DNA of 64,000 nucleotides from an uncultured Clostridium sp. (lineage in GTDB: Bacteria; Bacillota; Clostridia; TANB77; CAG-508), in the NCBI GenBank assembly GCA_947648495.1, contig CANSOA010000009.1:5397-69396 (forward strand), in the 5' to 3' direction. Below the pieces are notes generated by a model. The model searched no databases. It saw only the letters and a list, made by a program, of their open reading frames with translations, and was not told the DNA's origin. Positions 1 to 8,207 of this stretch are shown in pieces (position 1 is the stretch's first letter; every line of letters starts with the position of its first letter). The position numbers were made by a program, and so were the translations under genes.

Positions 1-537
1 GAAGGAGTGACAAGATTAGAGGTAGAAGATGGCACAAGGATTGTTTTACTGGCTTCTGAAGAAAATTTTGGTGGTTGGTATAACGCTAATACTGACACTC
101 TTGTAGCACAGACAGCAGTATATGATAAATATACTGTACACTCGGATGTAGAGTTCGAGGTGCGTTACAGTGATGAACCAATTAAACCAGAACCGAGAGT
201 ATATTTTTTCGGCAATCAAATTGAAGTTAATTCAGATAAATATAGCGTGTACATCGCCAACGATATACCTTCGGAAGTTGAAAAGGTTGAATGGGGGATT
301 ATATTTACTACAAATGATGCGAAAGATATTTCGGAAGAAATGATGACTGTGGAGATGGCTGAAGATTCTGATATTATTAAAAAAGCCGCTGTGGATAATT
401 CTAAGGTTACTATGACCATTGCGTCTAAATTACCAGCAACTTCGATGACCAAGAAATTCCGTGTATATGCAATAATTAAGAACGCAACTGGTAAAACGGA
501 AACTATTTACAGCGAAGTTCTTGAGCAAACATTTTAG
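1..537 (+). CDS. hypothetical protein, 3' portion of a gene that starts upstream of the window
   Basis: The reading frame is open from position 1 in the frame of the 7..537 ORF. No domain recognised. Confidence 0.4.
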   Translation, partial: EGVTRLEVEDGTRIVLLASEENFGGWYNANTDTLVAQTAVYDKYTVHSDVEFEVRYSDEPIKPEPRVYFFGNQIEVNSDKYSVYIANDIPSEVEKVEWGIIFTTNDAKDISEEMMTVEMAEDSDIIKKAAVDNSKVTMTIASKLPATSMTKKFRVYAIIKNATGKTETIYSEVLEQTF

Positions 538-631
538 TTTTATTTTAGTTTTTCATATTAATTACAAAAACGTAGGATTTCCTGCGTTTTTGTTTTTATG
601 TAAAATTTATACAATTATTTGCGAAAAAGCA

Positions 632-660
632 TTGACAAATAGGAGAATATTTGCTATAAT
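632..660 (+). promoter_or_regulatory. sigma-A type promoter for the precursor-peptide operon (TTGACA-17-TATAAT, TG-extended)
   Basis: TTGACA at 632-637, a 17-nt spacer, TATAAT at 655-660 with TG at -15/-14. It lies about 40 nt upstream of the 702 ATG. Confidence 0.6.
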
Positions 661-701
661 ATTATTAAGATATTATAGAATTAGGAAAGTGGAGGTAAGT
701 A

Positions 702-860
702 ATGGATAATATAGATGATTTAAATGTAGTACATAACGATAGTATAATAGAAGAAAATATAGAACAATATGATAGTGTAATGGCAGATATTACTACTTTT
801 TCAGCACGAGAAGCAAGTGATTCTTCTAGTATAGATGGAAATACTGGTATTGATATGTAG
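702..860 (+). CDS. candidate RiPP precursor peptide (52 aa; MDNIDDLNVVHNDSIIEENIEQYDSVMADITTF / SAREASDSSSIDGNTGIDM)
   Basis: RBS GTGGAGGT is 8 nt upstream of the ATG. The peptide has an acidic leader and a Ser/Asp/Gly-rich C-terminus. It is directly followed by a hairpin and then the kinase, RRE and exporter genes. It is absent from the ORF track because it is shorter than 60 aa. Confidence 0.55.
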   Translation: MDNIDDLNVVHNDSIIEENIEQYDSVMADITTFSAREASDSSSIDGNTGIDM

Positions 861-894
861 GATTAACTTTTTAATTTGAAAAATCGGAAAAACT

Positions 895-928
895 CGAGAC
901 AGAGTAAGACTCTGTCTCGTTTTTTTTA
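895..928 (+). terminator. intrinsic terminator/attenuator between precursor and modification genes
   Basis: CGAGACAGAGT-AAG-ACTCTGTCTCG followed by T8. Confidence 0.7.
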
Positions 929-941
929 TGAGGAGAAACAT

Positions 942-1661
942 ATGAAATATAAAATAGCTGATATTGTGGTAGAGTTTGAAGCTAAATATCAAGTTTTAGA
1001 AAATAGAGCTAAAAAGTATAGTTTGGTAGATGATTCTGCTTCTTCTTTTAAAATTTCTGTGAGTGATAAAGCGATTCAAGAAGAAATTGCTTTAAGTCCT
1101 TTACTAGATTTGGAATTCTCAGAATATATGTTGGTTGGTTCAAAATTTTATCGAGAGTTATTGAACTATAATGGCTGTCTTCTACATGCTTCAGCAGTTG
1201 TAGTAGAGGAGGAAGCCTATCTTTTTTCTGCTGATTGTGGAACAGGAAAGTCAACGCATACATCATTGTGGATGAAATATTTGGCAGATAAAACCCCCTA
1301 TATTTTAAATGATGATAAACCTGCTATTCGCCTTATAGATAATAAAATTTATGCTTATGGAACGCCATTTTCAGGAAAACATGACTTAAGTGAAAATAAA
1401 AAAGTTAAATTAAAAGCAATTTGTTTTTTGGAGCAATCGAAGATTAATTCTATTAGGAGACTTGAACCGAAAGAAGCGATTAAACTATTTTTGGAACAGA
1501 GTATTCGAAAATTGAAGGAAGATGAAATGTTGAAATTTTTGGATTTGTTAGAAATTTTGTTAAAAGAAATTCCTATGTATAAATTGTATTGCAATATGAG
1601 TAACGAAGCGGTACAATTGTCGTATACGACTATGAAAGGAGAGGTTACAAATGAAGATTAA
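942..1661 (+). CDS. HPr kinase/phosphorylase C-terminal-domain-like P-loop kinase (RiPP kinase-like)
   Basis: The motif LHASAVVVEEEAYLFSADCGTGKST is a HprK-type Walker A. RBS AGGAG lies 6 nt before the ATG at 942. Confidence 0.6.
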   Translation: MKYKIADIVVEFEAKYQVLENRAKKYSLVDDSASSFKISVSDKAIQEEIALSPLLDLEFSEYMLVGSKFYRELLNYNGCLLHASAVVVEEEAYLFSADCGTGKSTHTSLWMKYLADKTPYILNDDKPAIRLIDNKIYAYGTPFSGKHDLSENKKVKLKAICFLEQSKINSIRRLEPKEAIKLFLEQSIRKLKEDEMLKFLDLLEILLKEIPMYKLYCNMSNEAVQLSYTTMKGEVTNED

Positions 1662-1917
1662 AGAAGGGTTTATTTTAAGAGAAGTTGTAAACACGATTGT
1701 GGTTGTGCCAACTGGAAAGGCAGTAGAAGAGTTTCAAGGGATGATTACTTTAAGTAAGTCCGCAAAATTTGTTTGGGAGCTATTGCAAGAAGATAGAACG
1801 GTGGAAGAAATAGCGAATCAATTGGCAGAAAAATATAAAATTGATTTTCAAAGAGCTAAAAATGATGTAGAAAGTTTTATTAAAAAACTGAAAGATGCTA
1901 AAGTAATTGAGGAATAG
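1651..1917 (+). CDS. PqqD-family protein (RiPP recognition element)
   Basis: An 88-aa protein with the typical PqqD pattern (ILREV..TIVVVP..G.......SAKFVWELL...TVEEIANQLAEKY.ID...AKNDVESFIKKL). Its start overlaps the kinase stop, indicating translational coupling. Confidence 0.65.
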   Translation: MKIKEGFILREVVNTIVVVPTGKAVEEFQGMITLSKSAKFVWELLQEDRTVEEIANQLAEKYKIDFQRAKNDVESFIKKLKDAKVIEE

Positions 1918-1943
1918 AAAACGAAGAAAGGAAAAAAATTATA

Positions 1944-3617
1944 TTGAAAGATTTAAAAACACTAAGATGGATTTTTTGCAAAACAAAATCACAAAGCTTT
2001 CATTTTATTTTGCTAAATATAATTAATATTGTTTATTCGGCACTGAGTGTTTATTTAATTTTGGTGTCTAAAAATGTGATTGATTCTGCGGTGTCTCAAT
2101 CGGTGGATGGACTGAGAAAATATATAATAGAATTAATTGTGATATGTTTTATAGAAATTGGCTTGAAAACGATTTTGGGCTCGATTAATGCTGTTACGTG
2201 TGCTAAATTGGAAATTCATTTTAAACAAGATGTTTTAAATACGATTTTAAAAAAAGATTATGAACAAGTTTCAAAATTTCATAGTGGGGAATTGATGACA
2301 AGGGTTGTCTCAGATGTGAATATTATTATTGATACTTTGGTCGCTTTGCTTCCTAATATTTTGTCTATGATGACAAAGTTAATTTGTGCGTTGTTATTGT
2401 TGTTTCATGTTAGCAAAGAATTGGTTGTGCTTTTTTTGGTGGCGGGTTTGATTTTGTTTGCTGTTGTGAATATCTTTAAGCCATTTTTGAAGAAAATACA
2501 TAAAAGGTTGCAAGAGGCAAGTTCCAATGTTCGTTTACTGTTTAAAGAGATTTTTGATAATTTGATTGTGATTAAAATTTTTAATAGTGAAGAGGTCATT
2601 TCTGATAAATCTATGCAGTTGCAAAGTGTTAGGTATGACCTACAAATGAAGCGTAGAAGTATTTCGATTGCATCAAGTGCGGGATTTAATATTATTTATC
2701 AGATTGGTTATTTTTTGACTTTGATTTGGGGGGCTTATAATTTATATTTGCAAAATATTACGGTTGGTGGTTTGACTTCAATTGTACAACTGATTGCACA
2801 GGTTCAGTCTCCGATTATAGGATTGTCGAGGTCGTTTCAAAGTATGTTTACGATGTTGGCTTCTGGTGAGAGAATTATGGAGCTTGAGAATTTAAAAGAT
2901 GATGTAAAAGTGCAAGAAATGGATAAAAATTGTTTGTATGAGAATTTGAAAAGTATTGTGCTAAGAAGTGTTCGTTTTACTTATAAGAATAAGAGGATTT
3001 TTGAGAAAACTGATTTTGAAGTTAAAAAAGGTGAAATTGTTGCGATTTATGGTGAATCTGGCATTGGAAAAAGCACGCTTTTGAAGTTGATTTTGGGAAT
3101 TATTCAGAAAGATGATGGCGAGATTTTTTTTGAGTTGGAAGATGGAAGCGTGCAAGAAATAGGGAATGATACCAGAAATATGTTCGCTTATGTGCCACAA
3201 GGCAAATTTATTTTGAGTGGAACTATTCGAGAAAATGTTACATTTGTTAATCCAAATATTTCTGAGAAAGCTTTGCAAGAGGCGTTGGAAGTTAGTAATT
3301 GTAAACTGTTTTTGGATGATTTGCCAGATGGCTTGGACACGAAGATTGGAGAAAGAGGATGTGGTTTGTCAGAAGGACAGTTGCAGAGATTGGCAATTGC
3401 AAGAGCTTTGGTGAGCGAAGCTCCGATTTTGATTTTAGACGAGATTACGTCTAGTTTGGATAGTAAGACAGAAGAAGAGGTTTTGCATAAGATTAAGAAT
3501 TTAAAAAATAGGACGTGCATTATTGTGACACATCGAAATAGTATTTCCAAGATTTGCGATCGAGAATTTGTGGTTGAGAATAAGAAGATAAACGAAAAGG
3601 AAAAAAAAGATGAATGA
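1944..3617 (+). CDS. ABC transporter, fused permease/ATP-binding protein (peptide exporter type)
   Basis: An N-terminal 6-TM region, then Walker A GESGIGKST, the ABC signature LSEGQLQRLAIARAL and Walker B ILILDE. It uses a TTG start. Confidence 0.8.
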   Translation: MKDLKTLRWIFCKTKSQSFHFILLNIINIVYSALSVYLILVSKNVIDSAVSQSVDGLRKYIIELIVICFIEIGLKTILGSINAVTCAKLEIHFKQDVLNTILKKDYEQVSKFHSGELMTRVVSDVNIIIDTLVALLPNILSMMTKLICALLLLFHVSKELVVLFLVAGLILFAVVNIFKPFLKKIHKRLQEASSNVRLLFKEIFDNLIVIKIFNSEEVISDKSMQLQSVRYDLQMKRRSISIASSAGFNIIYQIGYFLTLIWGAYNLYLQNITVGGLTSIVQLIAQVQSPIIGLSRSFQSMFTMLASGERIMELENLKDDVKVQEMDKNCLYENLKSIVLRSVRFTYKNKRIFEKTDFEVKKGEIVAIYGESGIGKSTLLKLILGIIQKDDGEIFFELEDGSVQEIGNDTRNMFAYVPQGKFILSGTIRENVTFVNPNISEKALQEALEVSNCKLFLDDLPDGLDTKIGERGCGLSEGQLQRLAIARALVSEAPILILDEITSSLDSKTEEEVLHKIKNLKNRTCIIVTHRNSISKICDREFVVENKKINEKEKKDE

Positions 3618-4752
3618 AGCGAAAGAATTATTGAGAATAATTAAAAATTTTATAGAAGATGCAAACTGTGAGATAAATGAAAATATGGATGAAAAAGCTT
3701 TGTATCATTTGGCAAAAATGCATAAGGTAAGTAATTTTTTGATTTGTTGGGCTGAAAAAAGTTGTCAATCTGAGGAAATAAAGAGTAAAATTCAGCAAGA
3801 TTTTAATCATCAAATTATTAAGGATACGAATGAAAATATTGAATTGGAGCATATATTAAATAACTTTGAGGAGGCGGGAATTGATACGCTTGTTGTCAAA
3901 GGTGTTACGATGAAAGAGGTGTATCCGCAAGATTATATGAGACAAATGTGTGATATGGATCTTATGATTCATCAAAAGGATTTTAAAAAGGCTTCTAAGA
4001 TTATGAAACACTTAGGATTTGAAGAGTTTTACGATCATGAAAAACATTTGGTTTTTAGCAAAAATTCTTTGATTCTTGTTGAGATGCATCGAAAATTAAT
4101 TCCAGGTGGCGATGTTTCGCATGAGTATTTTAATGCGATTTGGCCGTTGTGTATTCCATATAAAAATTATGATAAGGTGTTTCGTATGAATTTGGAGGAT
4201 ACGTATTTGTTTTGCATGATTCATTTGATTCGCCATTTTAAGTATGCTGGGATTGAGATTCGAGATGTTTTGGATGTTTATTTGTTTTGGGAGAAGTATA
4301 AAAATGATTTTTGTTTTGAGAAATTAAATCGAAAATTGGAGGAGTTTGGGGCAAAAAGGTTTGAAGAAAATATCCGAAAAATAGCGTATAAATGGTTTGG
4401 CGATACTCAAGTCAATGATTTTGATGAGGTGGAAGCGTTCATTTTAAAGGGAGCGAGCATTGAAAATAATGTTCATTATGCAGTAGGTGAAAAGAAGGGA
4501 AAAGTAAATTATTTGTTTCGATTGCTGTTTCCGGAATTTAAGGTGATGAAGGAAAAATATCCTGTTTTGAAGAAAATGCCTATTTTATTGCCTGTTACTT
4601 GGGGAGCGCGTTTGTTGAAGGATGTCTTTTCGCAGGAAACAACGGTGAAGGCGAGAATGAAGCAAATTAAATTAATTCAAGAAGTGAAACAGGAAGATGT
4701 GGAAGAAATTCAAGATATTTATGAGAAATTAGGAATTGTGGAAAGGAAATAG
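3610..4752 (+). CDS. NTP_transf_5-type putative nucleotidyltransferase
   Basis: The motif LVVKGVTMKEVYPQDYMRQMCDMDLMI matches the hG[GS]...DhDhh nucleotidyltransferase fold signature of the uncharacterised-NTase family. It overlaps the ABC gene by 8 nt. Confidence 0.5.
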   Translation: MNEAKELLRIIKNFIEDANCEINENMDEKALYHLAKMHKVSNFLICWAEKSCQSEEIKSKIQQDFNHQIIKDTNENIELEHILNNFEEAGIDTLVVKGVTMKEVYPQDYMRQMCDMDLMIHQKDFKKASKIMKHLGFEEFYDHEKHLVFSKNSLILVEMHRKLIPGGDVSHEYFNAIWPLCIPYKNYDKVFRMNLEDTYLFCMIHLIRHFKYAGIEIRDVLDVYLFWEKYKNDFCFEKLNRKLEEFGAKRFEENIRKIAYKWFGDTQVNDFDEVEAFILKGASIENNVHYAVGEKKGKVNYLFRLLFPEFKVMKEKYPVLKKMPILLPVTWGARLLKDVFSQETTVKARMKQIKLIQEVKQEDVEEIQDIYEKLGIVERK

Positions 4753-4756
4753 AAAA

Positions 4757-5479
4757 ATGTTTGTGGAGCATGAAGTTTTTATTGGGCTTAGAGATGTTGC
4801 GCTTGACAACAAGGTGACGAATACGGCATTACTTTCTTATTTGGAGGATGCAGGTGGCGTCCATTCTAATTTGGTAGGGTTTGGTCTGAACGATATTCCG
4901 AATGTGAAAAGAAGTTGGGTACTTTTGGGCTGGAAAATTGAGATTTTTGAAAGACCGAAGTATGGAGATAAAATTAGTATTAAAACTTGGTCGCGTGGGA
5001 TTGAAAAGTTGTATGCATATCGTGATTTTGAGATTTTAGATGAAAATAAAGAAGTAATTGGAATTGCAACTTCGAAGTGGGTTTTGGTAGATATTGAAAA
5101 TGGTAAAATTTCAAGAATTGATCCAAAAGTTTGTGAAGCTTATACTGTGGAAGAAAGAAAAGTATTTGAAGAGGTGGATTTAGGAAAATTAGTGGAACCG
5201 AATTTGTATATAGATTCTACAATGTTTACGGTTAATCGAAGTTTGATTGATGTGAATAATCATTTGCATAATATTTATTTTATGGATATTGCCAATGAAG
5301 TATTGCCAATGGAAATTTATAGGAATGCGGATTTTAAATGGATTCAAATGATGTGCAAGAAGGAAATTAAGTTGGGGGATACGGTGAAGGTGTTTTATCA
5401 AGTGGAAAATGGGGAACATGTTGTGGTGATTAAAAGTGAGGATGAGAAGTGTTTGCATGGAATTATTCGATTGAAATAA
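4757..5479 (+). CDS. acyl-ACP thioesterase (FatA/FatB-like hotdog fold)
   Basis: About 240 aa with an acyl-ACP thioesterase-like sequence (NTALLSYLEDAGGVHSNLVGFGLNDIPNVKRSWVLLGWKIEI...). RBS GGAAAGGAAA precedes the ATG at 4757. Confidence 0.55.
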   Translation: MFVEHEVFIGLRDVALDNKVTNTALLSYLEDAGGVHSNLVGFGLNDIPNVKRSWVLLGWKIEIFERPKYGDKISIKTWSRGIEKLYAYRDFEILDENKEVIGIATSKWVLVDIENGKISRIDPKVCEAYTVEERKVFEEVDLGKLVEPNLYIDSTMFTVNRSLIDVNNHLHNIYFMDIANEVLPMEIYRNADFKWIQMMCKKEIKLGDTVKVFYQVENGEHVVVIKSEDEKCLHGIIRLK

Positions 5480-5632
5480 GACTTGCAAAGCTTGAAGATT
5501 TGTGATACAATAAATATATTATAACATATTAACATAATTTCTTTAGAATGTCGCTATGGAGGTATGCGATTTTAGACAACATTTTTTATTTTTAGCAACT
5601 TGGCAAATGCCAAAAAGAAAGGAGTATTTTTC

Positions 5633-6049
5633 ATGCAACAAGGTTATTGTATTCGGAGTTTGGATGTATCAGCTATTATGTATGACAATGAAGAGGATCG
5701 AAAATTTAAACAAAATGGCGGAAAAATTCCTTTAAAGATAAAAGGAGAAACTTTTTCAGATATTCCGTTTAAATTGCCAATTCGAGGAAAAGCGTATGAT
5801 TTTGCAAGAAGGAATGATGTGTATTATGATCCAATGGTATACGTTGTTTTATATGCTGATGAAGAACATCTGCAGTGCTTGTTTGTCTTTCGCTTTATAG
5901 CCAGTAGTGGCGCGTGTGATATTGCACGGTGTGTCGGGAAAAACTCAGTAAGGAGACACTGGGGAAGAGTCCGACGATACATTCAAAGATATGGGAATGC
6001 AATTCGAGATGGAGTGATTGCGAAAAATTCTCACTTAGAGTTTGATTGA
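5633..6049 (+). CDS. hypothetical protein (only the N-terminal ~90 aa look convincingly coding)
   Basis: RBS AAAGGAG at 5618-5624, ATG at 5633. The distal part is compositionally atypical (GC-richer, two in-frame CGG codons). Confidence 0.3.
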   Translation: MQQGYCIRSLDVSAIMYDNEEDRKFKQNGGKIPLKIKGETFSDIPFKLPIRGKAYDFARRNDVYYDPMVYVVLYADEEHLQCLFVFRFIASSGACDIARCVGKNSVRRHWGRVRRYIQRYGNAIRDGVIAKNSHLEFD

Positions 6050-6057
6050 AATAACCT

Positions 6058-6104
6058 AAAAAAGAGAGCGTTACTTTTGAATAACGCTCTCTTTGCTGTT
6101 TTTT
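6058..6104. terminator. bidirectional intrinsic terminator
   Basis: AGAGAGCGTTA-CTTTTGAA-TAACGCTCTCT with A/T runs on both sides. It sits between convergent genes. Confidence 0.65.
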
Positions 6105-7218
6105 ATTCATTTGCTAGTGGATTGCTCTCAATGGCATTTCGTACTTGTTCATCATCAACATGCGTGTAAATTTGCGTGGTGGCAATGCTTTCATGACCTA
6201 GAACTTCTTGGAGAGCACGAATATCCACTTGTCCATATTTGTACATAAGGGTTGCTGCGGTATGTCTCAATTTGTGGACAGAATATTTATTTGGATCAAT
6301 GCCTGCCATACGAAATTCTTGTTTTACAATATATTGAACGGTTCGATTGCTAATTCGTTTTCGCTGTTCGCTTAAAAATAAAGCGTTACGAGAATCAAAC
6401 TTAATTCCTTCATGGGGACGAATTTCTAAATATTGATGGATAGCTTTTATGCAAGCTTTGTTTAAATAAACGGTACGCTCTTTGTTTCCTTTTCCGATAA
6501 CGGTTAATTTGTTGTTCTCAAAATCTATATCATTTATATTAATACTTGTTAGCTCTGATAAACGCATGCCACAGTTTAAAAATAGGGTTATAATGGCAAA
6601 GTCTCTGATAGAATTGTCATGATTTCCGTGTGTTTTGGGAAGAGGAGTTTTGGTTACTTCGAGTAGTTTTCGGCTTTCCTCTAAACTTAAGTATTTTGGT
6701 AAACGTTTTCCTAATTTGGGACTTTCTAGGTCTGTCGCTGGGTTGTTGGGGATGCGTTTGGTTTTGTTGCATAAATAATTAAAAAAAACGCGAATACTTG
6801 CTGTTTTGCGAGCGAGTGTGGCAGGTTTACTGTGGTAACAGGTTTTTAAGTAGGATAAAAATGCATGAATGTCTTGAAGTGTAATGTTTGAGATGGTTTC
6901 GAGTGATAAATCATCGATTGTGATTTGTTTTATGAATTCTTCAGATTTTGAGTCTGTCATTTTGAATTTATATTTGATAAATTTAAGGAAATGAGCAATA
7001 TCGTAGTTATATTCTTTGATGGTGTTTTCGGATTTGTTGAGTATGGTGGCTGAATAGTCCAAAAAATCATTTAAAAATTCAGGGTTATTTTCTCTTGTAA
7101 TCATGGCGCCTCCTTTTTTTCTATTATAATATGAGAAGAAAATTTTGGCAAGTAGAGAAATAAAAAAAGAATTTAAAAAAAACTCTTGACATATCAGCAT
7201 TTTGTGAGTATAATGCAA
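6103..7218 (-). CDS. tyrosine site-specific recombinase (XerC/XerD/phage-integrase family)
   Basis: C-terminal HKLRHTAAT...LGHESIATTQIYTHV gives the catalytic R..H..R..Y tetrad pattern. The N-terminal region is SAM-like. Confidence 0.8.
   Translation of the reverse strand: MHYTHKMLICQEFFLNSFFISLLAKIFFSYYNRKKGGAMITRENNPEFLNDFLDYSATILNKSENTIKEYNYDIAHFLKFIKYKFKMTDSKSEEFIKQITIDDLSLETISNITLQDIHAFLSYLKTCYHSKPATLARKTASIRVFFNYLCNKTKRIPNNPATDLESPKLGKRLPKYLSLEESRKLLEVTKTPLPKTHGNHDNSIRDFAIITLFLNCGMRLSELTSININDIDFENNKLTVIGKGNKERTVYLNKACIKAIHQYLEIRPHEGIKFDSRNALFLSEQRKRISNRTVQYIVKQEFRMAGIDPNKYSVHKLRHTAATLMYKYGQVDIRALQEVLGHESIATTQIYTHVDDEQVRNAIESNPLANE
7186..7214 (+). promoter_or_regulatory. sigma-A type promoter upstream of sigH (TTGACA-17-TATAAT)
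   Basis: TTGACA at 7186-7191, TATAAT at 7209-7214. Confidence 0.55.
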
Positions 7219-7253
7219 CTAGGAACAGCTTATGGGAGGTAGCAAAATCAATA

Positions 7254-7895
7254 ATGTTAGATGTAAAGAAGTATCATTTTGAAAATGAATATGCTGATGT
7301 ATCCGATGAAAAATTAGTGGAATTGGTAAAAGCAGGTGATAAAACTGCTCTAGATTATTTACTCAACAAATACAAAGATGTTGTTTCGATGAAAACGAAT
7401 CGTTTTTTTATCATTGGCGCTGAAAAAGATGATATGATTCAAGAGGGATTTTGGGGATTGTATAAAGCGATTCAGTGTTTTGATCCAGAGAAGCAAAATT
7501 CTTTTAAAACATTTGCAAATTTATGTATTGAAAGACAGTTAATTACTGTGATAAAAACATCGAACAGACAGAAGAATCTTCCTTTAAATTCGTCATTTTC
7601 TTTAAATACTTCAGCATATGACGAAAATGATGATGTGTCGATTTTAGATATATTAGAGGCAAAGACAGTAGAAGACCCATTAGAAACAATTATAAAAAGA
7701 GAGTATTATGAAAGTGTTGAAGATAAAATCGATAAGAATTTAAGCAAATTTGAAAAACAAGTTTTAAATCAGTACATACAAGGACAAACTTATGTTGATA
7801 TTGCCAATTGTTTAGAGGCACCTGTTAAGTCTGTGGATAATGCAATTCAAAGAATCCGAAAAAAAGCCATAAAATGTTTAAATGAAGGAGAGTAA
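7254..7895 (+). CDS. sigH: RNA polymerase sporulation sigma factor SigH
   Basis: 213 aa with sigma-70 regions 2 and 4. The N-terminus (LVELVKAGDKTALDYLLNKYKDVV ... IQEGFWGLYKAIQCFD) is typical of Spo0H. Confidence 0.8.
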   Translation: MLDVKKYHFENEYADVSDEKLVELVKAGDKTALDYLLNKYKDVVSMKTNRFFIIGAEKDDMIQEGFWGLYKAIQCFDPEKQNSFKTFANLCIERQLITVIKTSNRQKNLPLNSSFSLNTSAYDENDDVSILDILEAKTVEDPLETIIKREYYESVEDKIDKNLSKFEKQVLNQYIQGQTYVDIANCLEAPVKSVDNAIQRIRKKAIKCLNEGE

Positions 7896-7913
7896 AATTT
7901 CCTTCTAAATCAT

Positions 7914-7989
7914 GCTTCTATAGCTCAGTAGGTAGAGCGCAGCCATGGTAAGGCTGAGGTCGCCAGTTCGATCCTGGCTGGAAGCTCCA
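7914..7989 (+). tRNA. tRNA-Thr (anticodon GGT)
   Basis: A 76-nt cloverleaf with a GCTTCTA/TGGAAGC acceptor stem, D-arm TAGCTCAGTAGGTAGAGC, anticodon stem CAGCC/GGCTG with loop ATGGTAA, T-arm GGTCGCCAGTTCGATCCTGGC, and an encoded CCA. Confidence 0.8.
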
Positions 7990-8127
7990 AAAAATAAGAA
8001 ATTTTTGTGATTTTTATTAGTTTGCTTAAATTTCGAGAATTTTCGAAAGCCTTGAAATAAAGGCTTTTATTTTTTATTAACTTTTTTGAATTTGATTGAT
8101 TTTTAATAGGGAAGAAAATACCGAAAC

Positions 8128-8156
8128 TTGACATTTTATGTAAAATATGATAAAAT
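8128..8156 (+). promoter_or_regulatory. member 1 of a conserved promoter family (TTGACA-TTTTATGTAAAATATGA-TAAAAT)
   Basis: Its 17-nt spacer is identical or near-identical to those of four other promoters in the window. Confidence 0.6.
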
Positions 8157-8207
8157 AAATAATAAGAAGCATGTTGCTTTATTATAATTTTGCAGGAGGA
8201 TGATAAT

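Noticed and set aside
521-992. ORFs 521..709 (+) and 801..992 (-)
   Set aside because: The first spans the promoter and leader of the precursor-peptide gene in the wrong frame. The second runs antisense to the precursor gene and terminator hairpin. The short 702-860 ORF, which has an RBS, explains the region.
702-5479. Calling the operon a bona fide lasso-peptide cluster
   Set aside because: There is no lasso cyclase (Asn-synthetase homologue) and no B2 transglutaminase-like protease in the window. The precursor tail lacks bulky plug residues and the leader lacks YxxP. It is kept as RiPP-like with lasso-like features only.
7925-8134. 69-aa minus-strand ORF
   Set aside because: It overlaps tRNA-Thr on the opposite strand and the promoter region of the 8208 gene. 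There is no RBS.
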